Below, one piece after another: positions 10,055 to 21,800 of a DNA stretch of 64,000 nt. The notes below the pieces were generated by a model. That model made no database searches. It saw only the letters and a list, made by a program, of their open reading frames with translations, and was not told the origin of the DNA. The number at the start of each line of letters is the position of its first letter. Positions within the stretch are counted from its first letter, which is position 1. The position numbers were made by a program, and so were the translations under genes. The stretch comes from Methanotrichaceae archaeon (lineage in GTDB: Archaea > Halobacteriota > Methanosarcinia > Methanotrichales > Methanotrichaceae), in the NCBI GenBank assembly GCA_963813075.1, contig CAWEXU010000013.1, positions 64,001-128,000 of the forward strand, given 5' to 3'.

Positions 10055-10558
10055 ATGGTCACGGAATCAGACACGGAATCGATACAGGTAGAAATAACCC
10101 CCAGCAGATTTCTGATGCCGGCAACGGCTCAGAAGCTGCTGAACGAGATCTATGGAAATGGGGGCATCATCAGGATCACGATCCATGGCCCCAATCTTCC
10201 TAGAAGCGTGCCCTATGGCCCTGGAAAGGGCTCCCCCATAGATGAGAACAGAGATCTTCTCATCGAGGTGGGCGGGCAGGCCTTTGAACTCAGCGTAAAG
10301 GTAGGAAGGATCAGGCTTGAGCTGGAGAGCGAGAAATACTATGAGGGTCTAAAGGCAGCGTGTGAGCGAGCGCTGTCCATATCCTTCCAGATCAGACGCG
10401 GCAAGTTCTTTCATACCAGGCAAACCATCACCGATTATGCCAAGTATGGCACGGTGGAGGACACGCGCATCTTAGGGCTTATCGATCCCAAGGCCAAACA
10501 AGATAGATTGGCCATACTGTCTGAGGAAAACGTGGCCGTTCATGATGAGGAGAGATAA
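10055..10558 (+). CDS. mcrD: MCR operon protein D
   Basis: IHGPNLPRSVPYGPGKG, TITDYAKYG, GLIDP. Confidence 0.95.
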   Translation: MVTESDTESIQVEITPSRFLMPATAQKLLNEIYGNGGIIRITIHGPNLPRSVPYGPGKGSPIDENRDLLIEVGGQAFELSVKVGRIRLELESEKYYEGLKAACERALSISFQIRRGKFFHTRQTITDYAKYGTVEDTRILGLIDPKAKQDRLAILSEENVAVHDEER

Positions 10559-10561
10559 AAT

Positions 10562-11329
10562 ATGGCATACACACCACAATATTATCCCGGAAGCACCTCT
10601 GTTGGCATCAACAGAAGGAAGCATATGTCCGGCAACCTCGAGAAGCTCAGAGATATTCCCGAAGCTGATGTCGTAGCAGTTATGGGTCACAGGGCCCCTG
10701 GTGCTGACTACTCAAGCACTCACCCACCTCTCAAAGAGATGGGCGAGCCAGACTGTCCCATAAGACAGATCGTCGCCCCAACAGCAGGCGCTGCTGCAGG
10801 TGACCGTGTACGGTACTCCCAGTGGACCGATTCCATGTATTTCGCACCATCCATCCCATACTGGAGATCCTATTGGGGAGCCATCAACTGCAAGGGCTGC
10901 GATCCAGGCACTCTATCCGGCAGACAGATCATCGAGGCCAGGGAGAGAGATATTGAGGCCTACACCAAGGCTCAGTACGATAGCGAGATGACCGATGTCG
11001 CCCTCTGTTCCATGAGGGGCTGCACTGTGCACGGCCACTCCTTGAGGCTGGAAGAGAACGGAATGCAGTTCGATATGCTGGCCAGGACAGAGATGGGCAA
11101 GGACGGAAACGTCTATGCTGTCAAGGACCAGGTCGGCATTCCATTGGACAGAAAGATCAATCTGGGCAAGCCCATGACCGAGGCTGAGGCCAAGAAGAGA
11201 ACCACTATCTTCAGGGCAGACGGCATTCCCATGTGCGGAAAGGTCGGCGCCAGGAAGTACGATGAGGCAGTTGATGCGCTTCATCATATGTGGGAGCTGC
11301 GCAGCAAGTGGGGATTCAGGCCGGAGTAA
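10562..11329 (+). CDS. mcrG: Methyl-coenzyme M reductase gamma subunit
   Basis: PQYYPG, GHRAPG, DPGTLSGRQIIEARERD, TVHGHSLRL. Confidence 0.98.
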   Translation: MAYTPQYYPGSTSVGINRRKHMSGNLEKLRDIPEADVVAVMGHRAPGADYSSTHPPLKEMGEPDCPIRQIVAPTAGAAAGDRVRYSQWTDSMYFAPSIPYWRSYWGAINCKGCDPGTLSGRQIIEARERDIEAYTKAQYDSEMTDVALCSMRGCTVHGHSLRLEENGMQFDMLARTEMGKDGNVYAVKDQVGIPLDRKINLGKPMTEAEAKKRTTIFRADGIPMCGKVGARKYDEAVDALHHMWELRSKWGFRPE

Positions 11330-11344
11330 GCTGGGGTGATATAA

Positions 11345-13024
11345 ATGGCAGTTAAACACACAAAGAAACTATTCGTAAGAGCACTTAACAAGAAGTTCGG
11401 AAAGGATTTCGACCTCGCAGGCCAGAAGACCGAGTACAAGAGACTGGGCCCTGAGCAGAACGCCCGCAAGCGGGAATTCATGGAGTACGCCAAGAAGCTA
11501 GAGGGCAAGCGCGGCATGACCGGCTACAACCCCTATGTGCACGCTGGCGGTATTCCCCTGGGACAGAGGCAGCTCGTACCCTACAAGCTCTCCGGAACTG
11601 AGTATGTGGTAGAGGGCGACGACCTGCACTTCGTCAACAATCCAGCCATGCAGCAGATGTGGGATGATGTCAGAAGGACCATTGTGGTCGGTCTGGACAT
11701 GGCCCATGAGGTGCTGCAGAAGAGGTTGGGCAAGGAAGTCACACCTGAGACCATCAACAACTACCTGGAGATCCTCAACCACGCCATGCCCGGCGCAGCC
11801 GTGGTCCAGGAGCACATGGTGGAGACCCACCCCGGCCTGGTAGATGACTGCAACGTCCGTGTCTTCTCTGGAGACGATGCCCTGGCTGACGAGATCGATG
11901 ACCAGTACCTGATCGACATCAACAAGATGTTCCCCGCCGAGCAGGCAGAGGCCCTCAAGGCCGCTATCGGCAAGACATCCTGGCAGGCCATCCACGTCCC
12001 GACCATTGTGGTCAGGTCCTGCGACGGCGGCACCACCTCCAGGTGGAGCGCCATGCAGCTGTGTATGACCTTCATCGATGCCTACAACATGTGCGCCGGT
12101 GAGGCCGCTGTGGCTGACCTGGCCTACGCCGCCAAGCACGCTGCTGTTCTGCAGATGTCCGAGATGCTGCCCGCAAGGCGCGCTCGCGGACCCAACAACC
12201 CCGGCGGACTGTCCTTCGGATTCCTGGCCGATATGGTCCAGACCTCCCGTGTGGCCGCAGCCGATCCAGTGAAGGTCTCCCTGAACGTAGTCGCCGCAGG
12301 CGCTGCGCTCTATGACCAGATCTGGCTGGGAAGCTACATGTCCGGCGGTGTCGGATTCACCCAGTACGCCACTGCAGCCTACACCAACGATGTCCTGGAC
12401 GACTTCTGCTACTACGGCGTCGACTTCGCCAACGACAAGTTCGGCGGATTCGCCAAGGCACCCAAGCTGCTGGATACCGCCAAGGAGCTGGCCACTGAGG
12501 TCAACGCCTACGGTATGGAGCAGTATGAGGCATACCCGACCCTGCTCGAGGATCACTTCGGTGGATCCCAGAGAGCTTCCGTTCTGGCAGCCGCATCCGG
12601 TATCACCTCCGCCATCGCCTCTGGCCACAGCCAGGTAGGCCTTGCCGGCTGGTACCTCTCCATGCTCCTGCACAAGGAAGGCTGGGGACGCCTGGGCTTC
12701 TTCGGCTACGACCTGCAGGATCAGTGCGGTCCAACCAACGTATTCTCCTACCAGTCAGACGAGGGCAATCCACTCGAGCTGAGGGGTGCTAACTACCCCA
12801 ACTACGCCATGAACGTAGGACACCAGGGCGAGTACGCCGGCATCTCCAGCGCCGCACACGCAGGCCGCATGGATGCTTTCGCCGTGAACCCATTGATCAA
12901 GGTAACCTTCTCCAACCCCGGCATGGTATTCGACTGGGCAGATGTCCGCGCTTGCTTCGGCAAGGGTGGAGCCCGCGAGTTCCGCGCTGCAGGCGACAGG
13001 TCCCTGGTCATGCCAGCTGTGTAG
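11345..13024 (+). CDS. mcrA: Methyl-coenzyme M reductase alpha subunit
   Basis: [60 protein letters not shown]. Confidence 0.99.
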   Translation: MAVKHTKKLFVRALNKKFGKDFDLAGQKTEYKRLGPEQNARKREFMEYAKKLEGKRGMTGYNPYVHAGGIPLGQRQLVPYKLSGTEYVVEGDDLHFVNNPAMQQMWDDVRRTIVVGLDMAHEVLQKRLGKEVTPETINNYLEILNHAMPGAAVVQEHMVETHPGLVDDCNVRVFSGDDALADEIDDQYLIDINKMFPAEQAEALKAAIGKTSWQAIHVPTIVVRSCDGGTTSRWSAMQLCMTFIDAYNMCAGEAAVADLAYAAKHAAVLQMSEMLPARRARGPNNPGGLSFGFLADMVQTSRVAAADPVKVSLNVVAAGAALYDQIWLGSYMSGGVGFTQYATAAYTNDVLDDFCYYGVDFANDKFGGFAKAPKLLDTAKELATEVNAYGMEQYEAYPTLLEDHFGGSQRASVLAAASGITSAIASGHSQVGLAGWYLSMLLHKEGWGRLGFFGYDLQDQCGPTNVFSYQSDEGNPLELRGANYPNYAMNVGHQGEYAGISSAAHAGRMDAFAVNPLIKVTFSNPGMVFDWADVRACFGKGGAREFRAAGDRSLVMPAV

Positions 13025-13041
13025 GTCAAGAGACCTACAAC

Positions 13042-13061
13042 TTTTTTCTCTTTTTTTGGTT
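13042..13061 (+). terminator. Oligo-T archaeal terminator of the mcr operon
   Basis: TTTTTTCTCTTTTTTTTGGT ~18 nt after the mcrA stop. Confidence 0.7.
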
Positions 13062-13246
13062 CTTAAAATACTAAAAATGCGCCATTGTTATTGTTAATTC
13101 TTAGAAACAGTATTTGTAGTTCGCCTCAGATACCTCCCTCATATGAGTGGTTGATGCGTTTAAGGAGGGTGGGCCGACACATCTTCTCTCTGAGCGAATC
13201 TCCTCAGGTGGAAATTGTGTCGGCTTTTTTAATGATTTTGGCTGAT

Positions 13247-14138
13247 TTATGCCGTACCCTCGCCCTGCAGTCGAGCCAAAATCGACTTTACGATCTCCTC
13301 GAATGCCTTAGCGGCGGGGGTTTTACTATTGGCGAAGGTCTTTCCCATATCTCCTAAGCTTCCAATCTCTGTATCCAGAGGGATGGCTCCCAGGAACGGC
13401 ACGCCCAGCTCCCTGTGCAGCTGATTGTCCTCCGCCGGTTTTGAAGACATCTATCTTCTGGCCGCAATGGGGGCAGATCAATCCGCTCATGTTCTCCACG
13501 ATTCCCAGCATTGGCACATTCATCATCAGGAACATGTTGACCGCTTTCCGGGAATCCAGAAGCGCGACCTCCTGGGGGGTGGTGACGACGATCGCTCCGT
13601 CAAGGGCGGGTATCAGCTGGGCAATGCTTATGGGCTCATCGCTGGTCCCTGGGGGCAGGTCCACTAACAGAAAGTCCAGGTCGCCCCAGTTGACCTCTCC
13701 TATGAACTGCTTTAAGGCCGCCATCTTCATGGGGCCCCGCCAGACCACGGGCGAGTCCCGGCTCTGCAGGAGAAGGGCCATGGAGATGGCCTTGATCCCA
13801 TCAGCATCCGCCGGCTCAAGGCCCGATGGGCCGGCCATGAGCTTCTGGTCCTCGATTCCCAGGAGCTTGGGTATATCCGGGCCGGTGATATCGCCGTCCA
13901 GGATGCCCACCTTATAGCCCAGGCTTCTTAGGGCGGCTGCCAGGTTCACGGTGACGGTGCTCTTTCCCACGCCGCCTTTTCCGCTTGCGATCACAATCTT
14001 ATGTTTGATCCTTTTCATGCGGCTCTCTGTCTCGACCTGCTGGGCTCTGGGGTCGTCACAGCTTTTCTTCTCCGCGCATGAGCTGCAGACGCCCTCGCAG
14101 CTATCTTTATCGTTTTTATTTGAAGTGGATGGATTCAT
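13247..14138 (-). CDS. Mrp/ApbC/Nbp35 Fe-S cluster carrier ATPase; frameshift near 13412
   Basis: N-terminal Cys cluster, SGKGGVGKST, DLPPGTSD, ENMSGLICPHC; second frame ELGVPFLGAIPLD. Confidence 0.9.
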
Positions 14139-14266
14139 GTCAACACCATAACATCTATTATTGCCGATTTCTTCTTCTTCTCAGCAGAAATATGAGCCTA
14201 TGAGACCTTCTATTTAATTCTTTTCAGAGATAGCATTAAATCTGATAGGGACAATGATGGCTAAAG

Positions 14267-14717
14267 GTGAGAACTATGATGTATGGCAGAATTCTTCTTC
14301 CCCTGATATGCGCCGCCCTTTTGCTCCTGGTCGGCTCTTCTGCAGCCGACTGGCTGGAAGGGGGATATGTAGGGTCGATCGATCGCAATGAGATATTGCC
14401 CTATTTCTCAGATCCGATATTTTATATGCCCATTCCATCCTACAGTCAGAGCTACCCTTATCGTTCGCAGTATTACAATTACTCCCGGCCTGTAATCCAG
14501 CTTGGCAAGTATCCATATTCGGGATACCTGGGGGACATATCCTGGGGGTGAATATCCTCTCAGCGAGGAGCCTCGCAGCTCTGAGTTCAGGCAGAGTTCG
14601 CTGGCCAGCATGCAGTGGACGCCCTTCCAGAAGAACTGGACTGAGACGGTGAGCTATGCGAAAACCAGCTCCTCTCTCCGGGTGTTTCAGGGTGGAGAAT
14701 GGAAGACCGCTTTATGA
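14267..14717 (+). CDS. Hypothetical secreted protein, likely frameshifted at a G-run near 14545
   Basis: Signal peptide (ILLPLICAALLLLVGSSAA); two overlapping ORFs. Confidence 0.55.
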
Positions 14718-14764
14718 TGGGATAATTGATCTATCTACCCACGACAAAAAGGAGCGAGAGAAGC

Positions 14765-15265
14765 TCAGTCCCTTTCCACGAGTGCTGAATCAGATTCAGA
14801 TTGGGACTGGGCTTTCCGGTTTGTTTCAGGCATTTTTTCCCCTTTCAGTGTCTCCAATTTGGTGCTGAGGTATTCCAGCCTTAACCCAAGGAGAGCGATC
14901 TCCCTTTCCATGAGCGTCATCTCCTTCTGGTGCTCCTGGGACTCCGCGGCAGTTGATCCTTCCTCCCCTCGCAGGGCAAAGCTGCCTCCCTCGATTCTCA
15001 GGCCCATCCCGTAGACCAGGGCGGCAGCGATCTTCTTTCTGGCATTCATCAGGTCGTTCCAGAAGGCTTTCCTGGAGATGCCCATATAGAATGCTGCTTC
15101 CTGCTGGTCCAGGTCCAGGAGGTCCACCAGCCGCACCGTCTCCAGCTCCTCTAAGGTTATGGAGACGGCCTCCACTCTGGGGCAGCCATCGGGCAAAAAG
15201 CAGCGCACCGAGGGCACCTCTGATATCCAGCGCCTGCCCCTTCTTCTTCCTCTACAGGGAGACAT
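14765..15265 (-). CDS. DUF134 (UPF0251) predicted DNA-binding protein
   Basis: RRRGRRWI, EELETVRLVDLLDLDQQEAAFYMGISR, ARKKIAAALV, IEGG. Confidence 0.88.
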   Translation of the reverse strand: MSPCRGRRRGRRWISEVPSVRCFLPDGCPRVEAVSITLEELETVRLVDLLDLDQQEAAFYMGISRKAFWNDLMNARKKIAAALVYGMGLRIEGGSFALRGEEGSTAAESQEHQKEMTLMEREIALLGLRLEYLSTKLETLKGEKMPETNRKAQSQSESDSALVERD

Positions 15266-15585
15266 GGCTCTTGTTATGCAAGGAGCGGTATTTCAACCTT
15301 GCGAACAGAAAGTTTTAAATATATTCTCTCATAGGTTACTATTACTTGGGCTGCATGCATGGTCGGCTCGATGTAAGTCCAAAGGACAATTGAGGTGTAA
15401 AACATATGCCATGGGGAGATTGTACGGGACCCTGGTGGTCGGGCTCCCGCGGGAATCGAGCAGCAGGATATAATCCCTGGTGCCGTCGGGCGGCTGGTTT
15501 CGGCAGAGGCGGCGGCAGGGGATTTGGCCGCTATCCAGGCGAGCCCTTTCGCCAGCTTACGGCCGAAGAGGAGAGAGATTATCTA

Positions 15586-16839
15586 GTGTAGCAGTTCCTA
15601 ATTAACATATCAATACCCCGTCGTCCTTATCGACAACAATCCCTCCCGCCATTTTATCCATTTTGTACTTCCATTTAAATATTGTTGGAGTTTCATTCAT
15701 GTCGTCTATGTATTGACTCATGCGATCCTTCAACTCTTTTTTGGATGATACACGAATCCCCCTCAGCATGCTTCGAGTCATTTTGCTGAATAGGCTCTCG
15801 ATTATATTTAGCCATGAGGCATGTTTTGGTGTAAAGACAAAATGAAAGCGTTGCGGAACTGTTTTGAGATAGCTCTTAGTTTCCTTTGAGGTATGTACAC
15901 TAACATTGTCGAGAATAATAATTATTTTTATATCTTTTGGATAGGCTGAATCGACACATTTTAAGAATTCAACGAACTCCTTACTTCTATGCCTATCGAA
16001 TATCCTATAATGAACTGTGCCTGTCAAAAGATCAATTCCTGCGAGCAGAGATACTGTGCCATGCCTTATATATTCATAATCGCGGGAAAGCGTGGCATAT
16101 TTGCCTAATGCAGGCATTAAATCCAAATATTTATTTTCAATAGCTTGGATTCCCGGCTTCTCATCATATGAAATGATAACCATATCGAGCGGCTTATTTT
16201 CTTTAGACATCTGTTGGAGCAATTCCACCTGCTTATAGGTATGTAGTACAACAACGCTTTTTGACTCAAATTCGGGATCGATTGGAGCAAGGTATGACGA
16301 AATTTTATGGGGCTTAACGTTGCTCGCGCCAAGTATTTTAGAGACTGTGCCACGAGATAACTTTGATAATTCTGGAAAACCATTATCCAAACAATGATTC
16401 CTGATATGTTCTGCTAATAAACGTTGTGTCCATAATTCGTATGGATATCCGTGGTCCTGTGGTTTTGAGCAAGCAAGAGACAGAATCCATGTTCTTGCGC
16501 CTGATGATATTTTTCGCGGTCTGCCGCTTCTTGGTAGATCTTCCAATGCGGCATAAATTCCATAAGCAAAGGCCTTGTCAATCGTACGCTCAACTTTGGG
16601 CCTATTGGTGCCTAAGTCTCGCGCAATTTGCGAAATTGATTTGCGCTCATAGTATTCAAGAAGGATCTTAGCACGCTCAACTGCACTTTCCGGTAGCGTT
16701 CTTGACTTACTAGCTCTATTAACGTACTCAAGATCTTCTTCAGTTAACTGCAAAGCAGGGCGAGCACTCACAAATGGCATGATATCAGATTGGGGTCCTG
16801 GTATTAAAATATTGCTATGTTATTTTGGAAGCTAAGCAC
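15586..16839 (-). mobile_element. IS630-family insertion sequence
   Basis: Imperfect TIRs (CTAGTGtagcagTTCCtAAtTAACATAtCA vs CTAGTGcttagcTTCCaAAaTAACATAgCA), TA/CTAG duplicated at 15583-15586 and 16839-16842, lower GC. Confidence 0.92.
15602..16780 (-). CDS. IS630 DDE transposase
   Basis: RSGRPRK HTH, YDEK, YIRHGT, ILDN, TPKHASWLNIIE. Confidence 0.95.
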   Translation of the reverse strand: MPFVSARPALQLTEEDLEYVNRASKSRTLPESAVERAKILLEYYERKSISQIARDLGTNRPKVERTIDKAFAYGIYAALEDLPRSGRPRKISSGARTWILSLACSKPQDHGYPYELWTQRLLAEHIRNHCLDNGFPELSKLSRGTVSKILGASNVKPHKISSYLAPIDPEFESKSVVVLHTYKQVELLQQMSKENKPLDMVIISYDEKPGIQAIENKYLDLMPALGKYATLSRDYEYIRHGTVSLLAGIDLLTGTVHYRIFDRHRSKEFVEFLKCVDSAYPKDIKIIIILDNVSVHTSKETKSYLKTVPQRFHFVFTPKHASWLNIIESLFSKMTRSMLRGIRVSSKKELKDRMSQYIDDMNETPTIFKWKYKMDKMAGGIVVDKDDGVLIC

Positions 16840-17027
16840 TAGAGACAGTAGCCAGGAATCTGGAGGAAGAGCTAAAATCATTGCGTGCTCAGATCGATAA
16901 GCTGCAGTCCAAGCCTTAATTGGGCTCGGATTGCATTTTATTATAAATTTGATTTTATAGTTTTTTTAATTTTCATTCAGCGGTTTTTATTTGTTATTAT
17001 TATGTGCCTTTGCAGTGGCTATGCAGT

Positions 17028-17381
17028 TTAAGATGACTCCTTATTCGTGGCGTTTTCTGGCACGTAGACCACCTGGCCGCTCTCAAGCTGGTAGGCTGTT
17101 CCCATCCTGGTGCCATGTCCTCCGGCGATCTTCTCGGTCATGTTCAGGACCTGAATCTGGTCCATGTCCTTGATTATGATCTGCATATTGGGGTCGCCCG
17201 GGTTTTTCACAATGGTAACATTGCTTTCGGGCTGGAGAAGCTCAGGGACATTGTAGGAGACCACCAGGGCAAGGAGTAAGGCAACTGCGAAGACCATGGC
17301 CGTATCGAAGAGGTTTGCCACTGCGCTCATGGGATCGCTATCATCTTCTTCCTCCAGCAATCCCAGCCTACGCCTTCTCAT
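17028..17381 (-). CDS. DUF2149 membrane protein (HmuV-like)
   Basis: DPMSAVANLFDTAMVFAVALL, KNPGDPNMQII, GTAYQLESGQVVYVPE. Confidence 0.88.
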   Translation of the reverse strand: MRRRRLGLLEEEDDSDPMSAVANLFDTAMVFAVALLLALVVSYNVPELLQPESNVTIVKNPGDPNMQIIIKDMDQIQVLNMTEKIAGGHGTRMGTAYQLESGQVVYVPENATNKESS

Positions 17382-18021
17382 CCCTTCTGCCTCGGATAAG
17401 CTCTATGGCGTACTCCAGGTCGCTGAGATCCTGGCGGTACCACCTGCTTCTGATCACCATCGCTGCATAGCAGATCCCACCCACCACCAGCCCGATAACG
17501 GTGGTGGCAAAGGCGATGACCAGGTTATCTGCCATCGATTTGATATCCCCCTGGGAGAGGCCGATCAGAGCCGGCCCCATGGGAATAAGGGTCCCCATCA
17601 GGCCCAGAATGGGCCCTGCTCGCACTCCGATCCTCAGAGGCTCCAGAGCCCTGGCCATGGACAGCTCGGCATCCTGCAGGATCTTCTCGAACTTGAATTG
17701 AATTAGCCCCTTCTCAATAGATCTGCCCGTCTCTTCCAGCGCCCGGGCGAGCTGAAGGGAGCACTTGCAGCCTCTGAGGGCCATAGAGGCCTCCTTTGGT
17801 CTGCCCTCTCCGATCAGATCAGCCGCTTTCAGGCTGAGCTCCTCCAGCTCCTCTACGGCCCTATGCCGGGTGGTGTATTCATGAATCAGAGAGCCCAAGA
17901 GGGCCAATGACCAGGCGAAAAGGATGATGAGGGCCAGTATGTCCGGGTAGAGAAAGGCGGTAGAGAAGATGTAGAGAATCTGCACGCAGGTCTCATAAAG
18001 GATCAGAAGCTGACCCCCCAT
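17368..18021 (-). CDS. MotA/TolQ/ExbB proton-channel family protein (HmuU-like)
   Basis: GPILGLMGTLIPMGPAL, NLVIAFATTVIGL, RWYRQDL. Confidence 0.9.
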   Translation of the reverse strand: MGGQLLILYETCVQILYIFSTAFLYPDILALIILFAWSLALLGSLIHEYTTRHRAVEELEELSLKAADLIGEGRPKEASMALRGCKCSLQLARALEETGRSIEKGLIQFKFEKILQDAELSMARALEPLRIGVRAGPILGLMGTLIPMGPALIGLSQGDIKSMADNLVIAFATTVIGLVVGGICYAAMVIRSRWYRQDLSDLEYAIELIRGRRDEKA

Positions 18022-18686
18022 CTTCTGGCCAAAAAGCCCATGGCCATTATTGAGAGGATCAGCAGGTATGAGGGGATAGTCTCCGTCAGTTGGCTGCCAG
18101 CGACGAGAAATGAGATCTTCTGGCTCTCAATGTATGCTGGTATGAGCAGGATGGAGAGAATGTAGAACAGGCCGAGAAAGATCATGGCATTCCCCAGGGT
18201 GGAGGGAGAGCCCTGCATCCTTCCCAGAATGGTGGAGAAGGCGGCAATGCTGATGAAAAAGAGCAGGCCCACCAGGGCTCCTGTCTTCCAGGGATCGATA
18301 TCTGCAAGCCCGGCAAGAAAGCTGCAGGAGATGAAGCTGGCTGCCAGGCAGGCGGGACAGGGCATGGACAGTGCCCAGAAGGTCCTGCGGGATATATCAT
18401 GATGATTGCTATTCCATCTCCTGGCGGTCATGACTCCCAGGGCAACGAGCAGCCCCGAGACGATAAGGTGCACCGCCATTCCGGTATTCAAAGCCCCGTC
18501 CAGGGCGTTTTCCGGCATCAGCTCTATGGCCATGCCCATGAAAAGGGAGATCAATAGATACACTGCGGCAATGGAGACCATCTCCCTGCGGCTGAGGCTG
18601 GCCAGGCCACAGCCCAGGCTGACCTTGAGGGCGAATACCATTATTCCGGTCAGCACGCCAGCGATGGTAAGCCAGGTCAGATCCAA
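18003..18686 (-). CDS. DUF2162 predicted permease (HmuT-like)
   Basis: VFALKVSLG, PCPAC motif, LGNAMIFLGLFY; ~7 TM. Confidence 0.85.
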   Translation of the reverse strand: MDLTWLTIAGVLTGIMVFALKVSLGCGLASLSRREMVSIAAVYLLISLFMGMAIELMPENALDGALNTGMAVHLIVSGLLVALGVMTARRWNSNHHDISRRTFWALSMPCPACLAASFISCSFLAGLADIDPWKTGALVGLLFFISIAAFSTILGRMQGSPSTLGNAMIFLGLFYILSILLIPAYIESQKISFLVAGSQLTETIPSYLLILSIMAMGFLARRWGVSF

Positions 18687-18886
18687 TTAAGACACCTGCT
18701 AAAGTTAGCTGATTCGAAGGCAACTTCATTGGATTTAACTCTTGCGCAACTTTAGAGGTTCAATATCAATTCAACTTGATAATGAGCATTGAACGCAGTG
18801 AGGACCTTCCCAGGAAAAGCTTTAATTAAACTTAATTTGTATTAACTAAAAAATCATTGATTAGGGATCTTGGGAGGACTAGATTT

Positions 18887-21800
18887 GTGAAAACCATAAA
18901 TGCAGTATGTTCAATCCTGCTCGCTGCCCTTCTGGCTTCAATCCTATTCGGTCAGGCAGGGCAGGCAGACGACTTTCCCACCTTTCAGGTAGATAATCAA
19001 AGGTCCGGCAACCTGAGTGGCTCAGGTCCGGATGAGGCCAACCTCCTCTGGAGCGCAAGCATCACCGGCCACGGGTACATCGGCTCGGCGGCGCTAGTCT
19101 CAGGGGAACGGATATTCGTCCCCAACTGGCCGGATATGACCTACAAGGGAGAGCTGGGCCTGGCCTGCCTGGACCGGGCGGACGGAAGGCGGCTGTGGAT
19201 CAACCCCCTGGGGGGCAAGGGCACCGCATCCACCCCAGCGATAGATGATGGCCGGGTTTTCGCTGGTTCCCTTACAGGCGACATCTTCTGCCTGGATGCC
19301 GCCACGGGCAACACTCTCTGGAACCTGAGCCTGGAGACCGAACCCCGATGGTGGGGTGTGGCATCCTCGCCCCTGGTGCAGGATAAGATGGTCTACATCA
19401 TGAGCTTCTCGAACGGAACCCTGCATGCTCTGAGCCTGGATGGTGAAGAGCTCTGGAACCTGTCCACGGGCGAGGTGAGCCCCTATCTTTCCCCTGCCTC
19501 AATTGATGGCAGGATCCTTTTGCCGGGAGGAGACCCGGCACTCTACTGCCTGGATGCGGCCTCGGGAGAGCAGATCTGGAAGCATCCCCTCACCACTACC
19601 ATCGCTGCCACTCCTACCTCCGGGAATGGAATGGTCTTCCTGGTCACAAGGGACGCCATCATTTGCCTGGAGGGCGAGAGCGGGGAAGAGATCTGGACTA
19701 AGGAGCTCAACGGCAGCATATCCTCCCCTGCTCTCTCATCAGGCCGGATCTTTGTGGGCGCGGACGATCAGCCCACGGGCCACGTAAGCTGCTTTGATGC
19801 ATGGAATGGTACCCTTCTATGGAGTGCGGAGGTGGACGGGCCGGTGAAGTCCTCGCCTCTGGTCTTGGGCGACCTGGTCTACTTTGGCACCAGCTCTGCA
19901 GAAGGGATGGTCTATGCTCTGCATGCAGAGAATGGGACTGTCGCTTGGTCATATCCCCTGGGCAGCTTCATCATGTCCTCGGCCTCGGCCTCAGACGGTG
20001 TGGTCTATATAGGCGCCGACGACGGCCGGCTTTACGCCTTCGGTTCACCGTCCGAGAATCTGTTGTGGCAGGGAGAGGTGCTGCTGGAGGAGGGCAGCCT
20101 CAATATCACAGCTGTCAGCGGCAAAAGCTACCAGGTCGACGGCAGATCGGCTCTGGGGGCGCTGCTCTATGCCTGCCAGGAGGAGAGCATCAGCCTAGGC
20201 CTCAATGACTCTCTGTACGATCTATACGGCCTGAGAATCGAGTCCCTGGGCGGGAAGAGCGCCGCCGGGGAGGAATCCTGGCGGTTCTGGATCAATTATC
20301 CTCAGGAGGCCGTGCCCACTTCCGCCCCGGACCTGATCTGTCTGGAGGACGGGGACCGGGTACTGTTTTACTTCGGCGACCGGCGGGCCAGGCCGGAGGA
20401 CTCGCCCCATCTGAATATCACCGCTCGGGTCATCTCCCAGAGGCCCAAGGCTCTTTTTTGGTCGTGGGCAGCCAGCCTCAGATACGAGAGGCGGCGCAAA
20501 GCTCTGTTCTCAATGTGACCATGCTATCACCGCAAAATGCCCTCACATTCGACAACGAACCCTCAACCGATAATGCACTCTTGTCCGATAATATTACCTC
20601 AATCAATGCTCCTTCAATCGAAAATATAACGTACAATGAAAATAAAATATCAAAAGAAAATGCCCTGAACTTATCCTCATATGATCTCATATTTCTGGAA
20701 ATGATCGGCTCTGAGGCGGCCACCCTGCTCCAGCAGCCTATAGCGGAGGCAAAAGCAAGAGGGATTCCGGTGGTAATCCTCAATTCCGAGGGCTACGATA
20801 GCCTGGGCAATGTGAACCTCAGCGATCATCCCTTCATCCAGCAGTACTGGGACTACGGCCGGGTGGAGAACATGAGACGCATGCTCTCTTACCTGGCTGC
20901 TAATTTCTGCGGCCTTGATATCGTGGTGGACGAGCCTCTCCCCGCACCTGGAGAGTACATCTATCATCCTGACTATCCCGATCTCTTCGAGAATCTGAGC
21001 TCATACCTGGATTGGTATGGCAATAAGAGCGGCTACCAGTTCAATCGCTCTCATCCCAGCATCGGCGTAATCAGCTATTATCAGGACCTGGACCATGCTG
21101 ACAGAGCCGCCCTGGTCCGTGCCCTGGAGAGGAGGGGGGCGAATGTGATCGACCTGGGATTCTCCAGCCCCTCCTCGCTACAGGACTTTTTCAGGCAGAA
21201 CAACAGCACAATCGTGGATGCCCTCATCCTCACCAAGTCCTTCCGCATCAGCTATGGCGATCCAGACCAGGGAATAGCGGACCTGGAAGAGCTGAATGTA
21301 CCGGTGCTAAGGGGCATGAGGCTGTACTATCAGACTCCAGAGGAATGGCAGAACGCTACGGGGATCAGCCCCCTGGAGATCTACTTCCAGATCGCCCAGC
21401 CGGAGATGGACGGGGTGATCGAGCCCATTGTGATGGCGAGCAGGACCGACTCCGGATATCAGCCCATTGAAAGCCAGATGGACTGGCTGGCGGAAAGGGC
21501 TAAAGGCTGGGCCAGTTTAGGCCGGGTCAACAATTCGCTGAAAAAGGTGGCGATCATCTACTACAATCATGGCGGGGGCAAGGACAACATCGAGGGCTGC
21601 TACCTCAATGTGCCGCGCAGCCTAGAGAGCATCCTGGACGGATTGCGGGCGGCAGGCTACCGGGTGAACGGTAAAGTGCCGGAGGAGAAAGCCCTGGTCG
21701 ACCTGCTCGCTCACCAGGGAACCAACGTGGGCTCCTGGGCTCCCGGCGAGCTCCAGTCCATGGTGGCCGCGGGCAATGCCACCCTCCTCCCGGCGGAGGT

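Larger units (their letters stand above)
15406..16919 (+). pseudogene. DUF5320-like Gly/Arg-rich small protein interrupted by IS630
   Basis: MPWGDCTGP...GRGGGRGFG...EERDYL | ETVARNLEEELKSLRAQIDKLQSKP* rejoins in frame when the IS is removed. Confidence 0.85.

Noticed and set aside
8757..12673. Long antisense ORFs (375 and 391 aa) opposite mcrB and mcrA
   Set aside because: Mirror frames produced by the strong codon bias of highly expressed genes; no recognisable motifs
11345..13024. Possible alkyl-CoM reductase or divergent MCR
   Set aside because: Active-site segments [12 protein letters not shown] and [14 protein letters not shown] are canonical; absence of mcrC from the operon is known for Methanothrix
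18820..18850. Imperfect palindrome as a metal-regulator operator for the chelatase system
   Set aside because: Needs a gap and a mismatch in AT-rich promoter DNA; not distinguishable from chance
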